NCBI GenBank assembly: GCA_050575255.1 | Contig: JBNZDD010013702.1 | Coordinates: forward strand, 93,696-157,695 | Reading direction: 5' to 3' | From: Harriotta raleighana | Taxonomy: Eukaryota | DNA length: 64,000 nucleotides | Shown here: piece by piece, positions 36,653 through 48,600 of the stretch | Layout: each line of letters starts with the position of its first letter | Position numbering within the stretch: the first letter of the stretch is position 1 | The notes under the pieces: model-generated | The model's input: the letters and a program-made list of their open reading frames with translations, nothing else | Database searches by the model: none | What the model was told of the DNA's origin: nothing | Position numbers and translations under genes: made by a program

Positions 36653-39600
36653 AACCACACACGGAGATAATAATCCTCCCAAGAAAAAAACCATAAAGAT
36701 ATTCGTCATTTCAAGCCATGACTTTTTGTACTCTGTGCACAATTGGCTTTCGCGTTTCGCACGCTAAAATATACAGTAAATTCACTTTATAGTATAGTCT
36801 GCTAAGCACTTTGAGATGTCTAGAGGTTGTCAGTTTGGGTCAGTCGTACCCTCAGAGACCCAAAGCTGTTTCCTGCTGAGATCGGAGTCTGTGTCACTCT
36901 AATATACCCGATTGAATTCACAGTTTACCCTCCTTGTATTTTTCAGGTTATGGAACAGCAGGAGATCTCCGAAGCCTCAGTTCAGCCTATCCCCTGTTTA
37001 AAGACATTATGCATCAGACTGCTGGAATGATCGACCTTCTGATCATCCATAAAAAGGTTCTTTATCTGCGCCTATTTGATTGCTTGAATTCTACTCATTG
37101 TATCTGTTGTCTCTCAGGGAGGCTCTGCCTTTCCTTCTGTTTGTTTTACCTTCACTAAGGAGCAGGGCTCAAATGCTTATCACATCAGATTGTTTTCAGT
37201 ATCGATCCTCTAGTAGAGCAACAGCTACCATTGAGTGTTGGTCCTTGCCTCCTGTTGCCTTGAATTACAGATGATTTTCTCCTTTGCAAAACGACACGTT
37301 TAAACCACTTCAGTCTTCAGTTTGAAAGACTCGGGTTTTAACACTTAAGTTCTTTCTTTCTGAGAAAGTCTCTCTTTCTCTCCCGCTTCTCTCTCTCTCT
37401 TGAATAGCTTGCAATGAATTGATGACTCCGAGGCAATGAGATGTTTGAACCTTCCTCTAACTCCACTTGCCGGTGTTCTGATATGGAGAGTATTCGAGAT
37501 GGCATTGTGCCTTGCTTTGAAGTAACCAATCCTTGACTGAATTTCCCCATATTTTTCATCTATCAATATCTCTGTACATTTACCAAGTTTAGTCATATAA
37601 TCTATTTGCAATCCTAGTAGTCCATCTGGGAGCAGACCACTCCCATACATTTATAATAATACCAATAATAACTCTTGTATTTGATAATAATGGCTTATCA
37701 TATCATTGAGACATCTCAAAGCACTCCGCAGAATATACTATAAAGTGAATCGATTGTACTGTATATTCACTTTGAGAAGGCAACCTTCAAACAGAGCATT
37801 ACAAAAAGCCTGAGTCAAACACAGCCTTACATTGTTGTGAATGAATAAATAAATAAATAAATGTGATCTTGGACGAATTGTTGGTGAAATCCCTTCAGTC
37901 TGAGACTATGTGAATGACTCTTTTTTGTGCTGCTCTTACTGTTCAGCTGCAGAAAGTGCCAGACAGAGGTGCTGGCGGCTCGAGAGAAGTGGATGTGGTG
38001 GCCTCGGGTCAGGAAGATGTGGACCTTGTGACGAGGCAGTCGGAGAAGGGGCTCAGTCTTCTCGTGCGGCATGTCCTGGGGAAACCGCTGGACAAAACAG
38101 AGCAGTTATCCAACTGGGAGAAACGACCACTTCGGCAAAACCAGATCGTTTATGCCGGTTAGCAGCAGCAACACCACCACCAACAACAGCAACTTGCATT
38201 TATACAGCGCCCTTCAACCCGGGCAACGTCCCAGAGCGCTTGACAGCGACAGAGTAGCGACTAACTTCAAAACAAAAATTACTCACTCAATTCGCGACTG
38301 ACTGATGTGCGCAATTGGCCGCCGCGTTTCGTCCACGAAACACACTGCGGATTCACTTTGCAGTATATTCCCGGGAAGCGCTTTGAGACGTCTCGAAGGG
38401 TCGATACACAAAAAACGCAAAAATTATTATTATTGTTATTATTACTATAACTGTGTGCAGGTTGAGACTTGGTGTCAATCTCAAATTGTGTGAGTCGGGA
38501 GATACAGTGACTGGATCGCTATGGCTCCCCTAGATTAAGGCTGTTTTAAATGTGTGAACAAGTCGGGTTTATTTTATTTTGCTTCTATAAGGCTTTTGTT
38601 GGGAATAATGTAGTTGTGGGTTCCATGATAAATTTGTACAGTTTAGGCTGACACTCCAACGCTGGGAAGACTGCTGCAACAACAACAACAAAATTACATT
38701 TATAGAGCGCCTTTCACGTCGGGAGGACGTCCCAAGGCACTGCAGTATTACACTGAGGTTCTGCCTACCTGTTCAGTTAAAGATCGCAAGGAGTTATATG
38801 CCTAAAGAGAAGGGAGTTTCTATCCTCCAGATCAAATTGGTCATTTACTTCATGTCTGGGACATTGCTATATGCAAATTGGCTGCCTGTGTTTGCCAACA
38901 AAACACACAACCATTAAACTTTACAATGTCTCCTGTGAAGCTCTTTGAGACGTCTTCCCGTGAAGGGCGCAGTATAAATGTAAATTGTTACTGCCTTGCA
39001 AAGCCTAACACACGTAACTTGAAATGCTCCTTATTTTATGCAGCCATCGACGCATATTGTTTGCTGGAGGTTTATGAAACCCTTCTGCGGGATCCACAGC
39101 AGTTTGGCCTGAGCGCCAGCCTCAACGACAGCCTCGTGGGGAAGTTGGAGAAGAGATCAAAGGACCCAAAGCGAAAGAAAAACAAGAACAAGGCGGGAAA
39201 CTCAGAACAGGTAGGCGGATAGCATTCCCAGCAGTGCAAAACGTTGGCAAAGTGTCCTTACTCCACGCGCCTCTATTTACATAGAAGTAAGTAGGAACAC
39301 TGTTGTTAGTTGTTTGGCAGGTCCTTTTTCCGGGGGTATTAGTTCCTTAAAAAAACACCCAAAAAAATTTGGTCATTCAATCCACGACTGTTTATGGGAA
39401 GCTGCTGTATGCGATTGGCTGACGAGTTTCGTCTACAAATATACAGTCAATTCACTTTACAGTATATTCTGTGAAACGCTTTGAGATGTCGATAAGAAGT
39501 CCTATATCAAATGCAAGGATTATTATTATTATGTTTTACTGTCACATCCTGCCCCATAGGACGGCCGCTATATTGTTGTTGTTCGATCAAAGGGGCTCTG

Positions 39601-42600
39601 TATGAAATTCTGTAACATTGTTGAATATATGCCACTGATTGTTATTCTCGGTAATTTTATGACTTCTGTAAAATATGCACCAACATCTGACTCTAGTTAT
39701 TTCAAGTTTATGTTACTGGAATATAGGAATGTGGAGCACCGTAAAGTAACCACAGAAATTTATTTGGATAAATTGTCTTAAGTTGCCACACCATCCCACC
39801 CTTTCCCATTATCCGCTTTATAATGTATAATAATAATCCTTACATTCAGTATTATGCCTTGTTGTGTACAAAGATGATAAAGATGCAGAAAATGTCTAAA
39901 TGGAGTGACGACAGAAACCGAGCGACCAGGATTTAAATCTCACTATTGTTCAACAACATGAACAAATTGCGTCCATATAATAATAATTATCCTTGCATTT
40001 GTTATAGCGCTTTTCCTGTCTTCTAGACATCCCAAAGCGCTTCACAGAATATAGAGTAAAATGAATTGACCGTATATTTGTGGGCAAAACGCGACAATTG
40101 CGCACAGAATATAGCGGCTTTCTCATCGGGAGGACGTCCCACAGCGCTGGATAATCAAGTGTTTGCACCCGAGTTAGTGGTTGAATACCAGAGGGGTGAG
40201 GGCCAAAGGGGTAGGGATGGAAAGATGACCAAAGGTGTGGGCAAAGATGGAGGTCTTGAGATAGATAAATTTTGGTGACTAGTTGCCCGCTACAGGCAAG
40301 GTCAAATAGCCAAGAAGTAACATTGATGTAGAAATTTTCAAGCACATGGTTTAATTCCAAGTTTAAAGTGCTTTATGTTGTCAGGCAACTATAAAATTGG
40401 TCCGTGTACCAACCAGGAATATATGAACTTCAGATTTAATGATTCCATTTTATTACAGAGACATGAGAGGAAGTCGCTGCCTCTCCCAGATGACATAGAG
40501 CCTCTCCTGGACCGCCTTCTGCCTCTAACAGACAAAGTGGAAACTCCTGCTTTCCTCCCTGTACCACCCTCAGGGTTCAGTGTCATCTGTGACAACATGC
40601 TTCAAGGGCTGGGCCGCTACTTACGCTGCCTGGGAGTCGACGTGAAGATACTGGAGAACGAAGATGATCACCGGAAAGCCGCTGAGGTCAGTCACGGGGG
40701 AGGTTTAAGACGATGGAGGTTTGCTAAGGAGTTAGGCTGTCACTGCAGTGCAATGCCAGGGCGTTGTGGGTGGGCGGGCGGGGGGAGGATGTTGTATTAT
40801 TATAGGTGCCAACCGTAGGATGAGACATTAAACTGAGGTCCTGTCTGCCTGTTACGGTGGAGGTTACAGATCGCTTGGCACCATTCAACAACAGTAGTGT
40901 CCAGGCCAATGTTTCTCAATATATAATTGTGTATTTACTTTGTGGCTGTGTGTGGGGCATTGCCGTGGGCAAATTGGCTGCTGAGTAACCTTGCAAGTAT
41001 TGTCACTACAGTTTAGAGTAGAATACTGTGAAATGTTTTGAGATATCTCCACCATGTGAGAAAGTGCCACATCAAATATTCCTATTATTTTTATTGTGAT
41101 GGCGGTCTTTGGGACTTTGCTGTACACAAAGTTAACGATAATAATAATAATCCTTATATTTGGTTCAATGCCAGGAGGATGTCTCAAAGTGTTTCTTTAC
41201 AGGATTTATGTATAGTCACTGTTTTAAGGGTGAAATATACAAATACGCAGTCTATGTATGACTGTGCACTCAGCACTCTGAGGCATTCCTATGTTATCAT
41301 TTATATGTGTTATACCAAATAATCATGATAATAATCCTTTCCTTTAATGTAATGCTTCATCACGTTGTTGAGATGTCTCAAAGCGCTTCAAGAATATACT
41401 GTAAGGCGAATTGACTGTATAGAATATTAGAATTGAAGAGCTCTGGGTTGCCATCTGGCGTGAAGAGCGCTATATAAATGCAGGTTGTTGTTGCAATCGA
41501 TGCTAAAGTTTACTGACCTGCGGTTCCGAGACATTCTGAGATTCCTGAACGTACTTGGCAACAGTATGAAATAATTTCATTAAAGCTCAGCTGGAGGAAT
41601 AAAACAGTGCAGGGGAGGTAGGCTCCAGCTCGCTATCTTCATTCTGATCTGACATTTGTTTGTGGAGACGCGTTGGAAATAATATCTGAACCGTGAGACC
41701 AGCCGCCATCTCCTCCAAATGTCCAGAGAGTTTCTTCAGAGAGTATTTGAGAGGCACATTTACTGAGGTAGCTGGTTCGAATGTCACCAAGACACTACAG
41801 TTGACATCATAATAATTGTAATCATCCTTGCATTTGATAGAGCATTTTTCACATCTTCTAGACATCTCAAAGTGCTTCACAGAATGTACTATAAAGTGAA
41901 TTGACTGTATATTTGTGGATGAAACGCCGCAACCAATTGTGCACAGCAGCGTCCCCCACAAACAGGGGATTGAAATGACCAATGTTTTATTATTATGCTT
42001 TTTTTTTGGAGGGATTATTATTAGGCTCTTGGAGTAAGGAAACTTGCCCAAGGTTTCTCCCTGAATTGCCTGGATTTGAATACAAGTCTTATGATTGTAA
42101 GATGAGTGCTCTTACCACTGAGCTACAGGACATATTGGTTTGAGCTCCTGTTAACCCTACAAGCCAAAACCCTAACAACTGAAATGGCCTGTGCTGGACA
42201 CACAGCCTGCTATATTTCATGATAATAATAATCCTTGCATTTGATATAGCGCTTTTCACATCTTATCAACGTCCCAAAGCGCTTCACAGAATATACTGTA
42301 AAGTGAATTGACTGTATATTTGTGGGCGAAACGCGGCAGCCAATTGCGCACAGCAGTGTCCCACAAACAGTCATGGATTGAAATGACCAATTTTATTATT
42401 GTAGTTTTTTTTGGAGGGATTATTATTAGGCATGTGGAGTAAGGAAACTTGCCCAAGGTTTCGCCCTGATCTGCCTGGATTCGAACACAGGCCTCATGCT
42501 TGTAAGGCATGTAAGGCGAGTGCTCTAACCACTGAGCCACAGGAGCTCCAAATGGTTAGCTGGTGACTCCCAACACACACACTCTACGCTCTTGCCGACC

Positions 42601-45600
42601 TTCAGCAAAACGCTCGGGATCAGGGTGGAGAGAATGCGTCCTCCACGCCAGACATGTAAGGCAGGTCAAAGGCTGATCTTGTGGTTGAGACGTTATTCAC
42701 CACACATTCCCAAAAGCACAAAGTCAGTTCGGGAACGATGACGGCAGATTAGATCTCCTCCTCTTTTTTGGGTAACTTTTCTTTTGCCCTTTCAGCCGCG
42801 CTGCTGTGAAATGATTGAATGAAGCAGCCGGTTTGCACGCCAGCACTTAATCATTGTGGGTCACAACTGGACGAGCGATTTTTTCCCGTCAGCCGGGTGG
42901 ATAGGTGCTTTGACACAAGCAGGAAACCCATCATGGAGAGCTGAAGAATCGCCAAACTAGACTGGCTGCTTTGCTCAGTCATCGGGAGGTGTTGCTACAA
43001 GGCGCCAGTAGACTTGGCAGTTGCCCACAGACCCAACCAGATGGGAAGTCAAAAGTCTCAGGAGAGGAGGAGAATAGAGGGGAGAGAATCCGAGAAGGCA
43101 AGCACTCATCAACTAACCCTCATCAAATAAAATAAATGAAAGGCAGCATGTTGCTGTAGGTCATATTGTCCTATGTGAAGCAGCAAATACTCTCTCTTTA
43201 ATTGGTAAAGATAAGCTTTGTGGAAAACCAGACTTACCACTACCAGCACATGCTGTGCTGTTCCTCACGAAAGAAGAACTGGTTACACAGTGGGGAGGAT
43301 TGTCAGGAATGCAAAATACATATTTTGCCCCTTATGAATTACAATTTTGTCGGCTTCAGTGATTTCATATCCCGGGTTTGTGGATTGCAACATCCCTACT
43401 TTTCCGATTCCCTCACCACCCACCCCCAACAATCTACCACCCGCTGTGTCCGCTCAGCCGGTTCTGGCCTCCTATTCATCCCTCACCCCATCCGCTCCTC
43501 CATCACTCACCTTGACTTCAGTTTCTACTTCCTAAAGCTCTGGAACTCTCTCCCCCAAATCCTCCGCCTTGCCCCCTCCCTCCTCCTCTTTCAAATCCCA
43601 CCAAAAGACTTTCCTTTTCGATTGTACTTACAGTCACCTCTCCCCTCCCTCTGGCTCATAGTTAGACTCCCCAGTGTGAAGGGCACACTGTATAAATGCA
43701 AGTTGTTATTGCAAATGAACATGCATAAGTGCATTCAGTAACTGCTGGAGTTAGCTTTCCAGTATAGAATGGCAGAAGGATAACTACAGAGTGTTTAACG
43801 CTGGAAAAGAAGCCCTTGTGTGAAACATTTCATTGTAGCTCGAGCTTTAATCTGAGGGCTCTCTCTAGCTCTCTCTTTCCCTCTTGCTCACAATCCTGTT
43901 ACAGCGTAAAGTACAGTGGAACGTACCTTATAGCCATAACAAATGTGCATGGACTGTGAAAGTGACAAAGAACATTCAGTGCTCAACGGATTAGGTTACA
44001 AGTGGTCACAACCCAACCATTTAATTTGGCCATTCAGTGAAAACATTGTTTAACTTTTTAATGGGTAGAGCTGGGTTATAATGAAAAGACTCGGGTGTGA
44101 AACAGAGTTAAATGACTGAAGTGCAGTATTGGTGGCTTGGACTTAACAGGCACTGGCTACTGGTTCTACCTTCTCAGGGATTGACACTTGATGTAATGTA
44201 ATCGCTCCACCGGTACAGCAGGTTATCACACACGTATTCTCAGGTGTAGTTCAGCCATTCCTTTGAACGATGAGACATTAAACCGAAGTCTCGTCCAGCT
44301 GACACGTTGCCGTGGCCTTCTTTGAAAAGGTAAAGGAGTTTCTCTCTCTCTCGGTGTCTGGGAGAACAATCCCTCAGATAAAATTGGTCATTCACTTCAT
44401 GGCTGTTTGTAGGCCACTGCTGTATGCAAATTGGCTGCCACATTGACCTACAGAACATACTTTACAGTATAATATACAGTATAACCTGTCAGATCCTTTG
44501 AATTTGACTTCCTGATGTCAGAGGAGTTGTGTCAAATGTAAACATTATTATTGTTATGAACCGGATAATGGACAGTGCGGGGCTCAATAAATTAGTGGAA
44601 TAGATGGAGGCAAGGTAGACAGAACACTATAGCATATTCTGTCATGGCAGGCTACAGCCCTGTTACTGGTGGAGGTCACAGATCAAGCAAAGCGTCTGAC
44701 CTCGACTGCATAATCATCAGCTACAAAAAACGTGGACCTTACCACTGAGATACCACCTGGCCTTAGCTTGAATACCATTCTCTTACAATTTAAGATTGAG
44801 CTCGGGATTCTGTAAAATTCCTCAATTCAGTTTGAAACCCAGGGTCCACCTTCCTTCAAAGATGTCGGGAAAACCGGTTTCTAAACTGGAACTGTATTTA
44901 AGAATGTTTCCTAAATCCAGCACCTCCTGAAATTTCAATATATTCATCTTACATAACTTTCATTTTCATAGCGTTATTCATTCCGGGCTGCATGTCGGAA
45001 TGCTTAACAGTGGCAAAGCCTGACATTGAACTGGGGTGGGGTGGGGGTGGGGTGGGGGATGAGGGGAGGGGGAAGGATATGAGGGTAAGAACGATCGAAG
45101 AGAAAGACCTTAGGGCTAAAATCCAAGCAGATATTGCGCAACAAGGCTAAAGGCCAATCCCTTTCCATGTGGTCACTTCTCCCGCCCTTCACACTGTCTC
45201 CCTCGCGGCGTCGATGAATCCCAGACGGTCGGGGAGTGTTTGATGTTTGCGTTTCGTTGACTGTTCAGCAGACTCAGCCTCATTCCGTCAAACTCCATTG
45301 GAAGCGCATCTGTTCTGAGTGTTGGTTGCACAGCTGGGAATGTTTGTTGACTGCAGAAAAGGAAGCTCTTTGGGCAACCGCAGATACAGAGGAATTCTGT
45401 TTAGGGGACATTCCACTGCAGCAAGCTCCGGGACCTGCTTTGTTTTCGCCACAGAATACTGTATTTCACTTCGGGAGAGAAGTGCAGAGTACTATATAAC
45501 CTTGAGCTACTGTTGCAATATCAAGTTTTTCTCACCAGAGGACACTAGAGTATTTTCATTGCTTTATAGCAGTATCTCGCGGTGGATATTCACAAGATCA

Positions 45601-48600
45601 CAAGATTAATCCGGATGAAAAAGTCCCTTGGGCTCATCTCATCCAGAACACCCACCCTACAATACACATCATTGCATCAAGATGCTGCTTAAAGGAGTTC
45701 AGTATTCTGGCCTCTACCAACTTTCCTGGAAACTTGTTCAACTCAATGCAGCTCAATGTACCTGGAGATTTTATTGTGGCTCTTAGATCTGTCTGTCTGT
45801 TTGACTCCGTGCTTCCACCAATCGATCATTGTCTTCTGTTTTGAATCTTTAACATACAACTGAACAGGCAGATGGGACCAGAATGTTTAACATCTCAATC
45901 AAAAGCTGGATCTCTGGCAATGCACCACATTTGCTCAGCACTACAGCAAAGTGTCAGGCAGAATTATATTGTCAAGGCCTGAAATCAGTCTTGAATGTAG
46001 AGTCTTTGATTCAAAGGAGACATGAGTGCTGCCAACTGAGCCAGGCTGACATTCAATGCCTTCAAACGCCAAGCTTAGCTTAGCATTATCTGACGTCTGC
46101 TTCTTGAGTTGACCCGATTTTTTGCCGCTATTCTGTGATGCGCCTCATCCCATTTTGATGAGCAGGTGTGTGACATTGCCACACACAAACGCGCGAGCAG
46201 AAACCCATCACCAAGCTTAAGAGTATCCAAGCAGATTGAGAGTTCCACCTATGTACTCCACCTTAACATGGACATTTTTCTGTGTCTGGAATGCCTACGC
46301 TTCTCCCTGGAGTGAACTCGGAGTGAACACCAAATTTCTGATAGAATTAGACCCAAGGCTTGGCAAGAAGCAAGGCTTGGAGACTTCAGGAGACTGCTGG
46401 AGTTTAACCGGCTTGACATTGACGTTTAGTAAAATCACTGTCACGGCTAGCAAGCTTCCCACTGTTGAGCCATTAGTACTTTGGCTTTCAGTGTGTAACG
46501 GGAGCTGAGTGGGAAGAATCCCTGCCCTTTCCAAGTCCTGCTGCCAATCAGCCAGGCTGCCTGGTCTGTCATCAGTCATGTTCTGTGTACTCCAGGGTAC
46601 CGCTTCACTTTAGTTCTTCATAAGATTAAAGAAATGAGGTGTTTATCAATCTGTTGGCTTCTTGTTAGTCTCTACACCTAATATCTCATCTCATTGAGTA
46701 CATCTTCTTTGTCTTTCTCTCGTTTTCTGCTTTCTCAAATTGCCTTCCACCGCCTGAAGCAGTGATGTGTAGATTGCTGGTCCCGTTGAAGTATTCAAAG
46801 GGGAATTTGATCATTTCCTAGACTAGTGCAAGGTGGTTGTGAGCTTGTGGAAGGAAAAGATTGATTGTCAGCCTGGCTCAGTTGGTAGCGCTCTCATGTC
46901 TGAGTCGGAAGGTTGTGTGTTCATGTCCCAAGTCTGGACTTTGAACACTCAGTCCAGGCTGTCACTTGAATATTGTTTTTAGGGAGACCTGCCTCATTGT
47001 TGGAGGTGCTACACTTCAGATTAGACATTAACCCCAGGTTCTGTATTGCCTTTCTAGCTAGATATTAAAGATCAAATAGTAGGAAAGAAATTTCTTGCTG
47101 TGTCCTGGCCAACAAACCCCCTCCCCCAATAATAAATGAGTCACTCACTCCATATGTGTTTGTGGAAGGTTATCCTGTGCAAATTGGCTACAGCGTGAGC
47201 CTACAAATACACAATTACTATATTTTACAATATATCCTGCGAAGCTCACTGACACGTTCAGCTGTGCTGAACGCTGCTATGTCAAATGCAAGGATTATTT
47301 AATTTATCACTTAGTGGAAGGTGCCAGGGTGTGGATGTGCAGGAGACGGTGAAGACATTGAAACTGATCTACTAGGGGATAACAACAACAAAATTACACT
47401 GATAGAGCGCGTCCCAAGTTGCTGAAATGGTAAAATTGGAGCCTGGCAAGTACTGGGGTGAAACTCTGGAACTTTCGCCCTCAATCTCCCCCGCCTTTGC
47501 CCCATCATTCAGACTGCGCTGGAAGACTTTCCTCTTTGATTGTGCCTAAGGTCACCTTCTCCCCTGCTCGACATTGTGCCCCCGCCACTGTAAAGCACCC
47601 TGGGATATCAACTACATGAAGGGGCGCGTGTTGTTGTTGTTGTGAGGGTCTTGCGGAGTTCATCTCAGCTGAGCTGCAGAGATTTCCTGCATTGGAATCG
47701 CTCAGGGATTCCGAAGGTCCCACCGTGAATTTCACTGCTCAGCAGCACTGAGTTCACTTTTACCCACAAGGCTTAACCGAACGCCCTGGGACGTCCTCCC
47801 GACATGACAAACGCTCTACAAATGTCATTTTTGTTGTTGTTGATGTTGTTCATGAATGTTGGCCCCAGAGAGCAGGAAGCGCTGGAGACCTTCCTCGCCA
47901 GCAGGTGATGAAACGGGGGCAAAAGGCAGGACCTGTAAGTGTTAATACAAAAGAAAATATGTAGAGATCCCAGCTACATTGGTTTCAATTAGTTCCTCGG
48001 CGAGCTCTCAGTAAATCTCTGCCTTGGTGGGCTGTTGGATGGCTGCCTTGCTCTCGGTGACTGATAGCATTCCATTGCCAGATGGCTCGGCTATATCTCA
48101 AACTAACAAAGGCATTTCCTGAATTCTGCCCTCTCTGAAGACTTGAGTGAGGCTGTGAGATCATGTCAGGGAACTGCGATTGGGTTGGGATGGGGTGGGG
48201 GTTGGGATTTGGGGGTACAAGTGGGGGTGGGATGGTAGGAGGGTAGGTGGGGAGGGGTGGGGTGGGGGGGAAGGCTGTAATTTGGCAGAAAAAAAGACCT
48301 TGGAAATCTGCTTCTAGGCCCCTTGGAAAGTGTTTGTATCAGCAATTATCAGAGAAAATAAACGGAAACCAAATAAGCATGGCTCCTCGTTTAATGACGG
48401 GGCCTCATTTTTTTTTGCTGTTCTAGGAGTCTTGGCAGGCATTTCAGTGCAGTGCTGGGATTGGGGGCGGCGAGCTGGGGGGAGTGGGGTGTCATTCTTG
48501 GAGTTGCTATCCATTGGATGAGATGTGAACTGTTCAGGTGCTGTAATACTGTTGGAATAGAGTTTCTCTCTCCCCCAGTGTCCTGGCCAATAATACCCCA

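Noticed and set aside
41587-41800. Protein-like minus-strand stretch ([19 protein letters not shown]..)
   Set aside because: The ORF begins inside a SINE, and I see no supporting splice signals, partner exons or recognisable family.
42470-42547. tRNA genes (also near 8205, 9255, 36520, 46870, 61032)
   Set aside because: A and B boxes are present, but no complete cloverleaf is evident and most run directly into SINE bodies. They are SINE heads.
48181-48272. G-quadruplex-forming tract (also 45031-45072, 52261-52311)
   Set aside because: G runs of this type occur throughout the window as antisense L2 C-rich regions or simple sequence; nothing points to a specific function.
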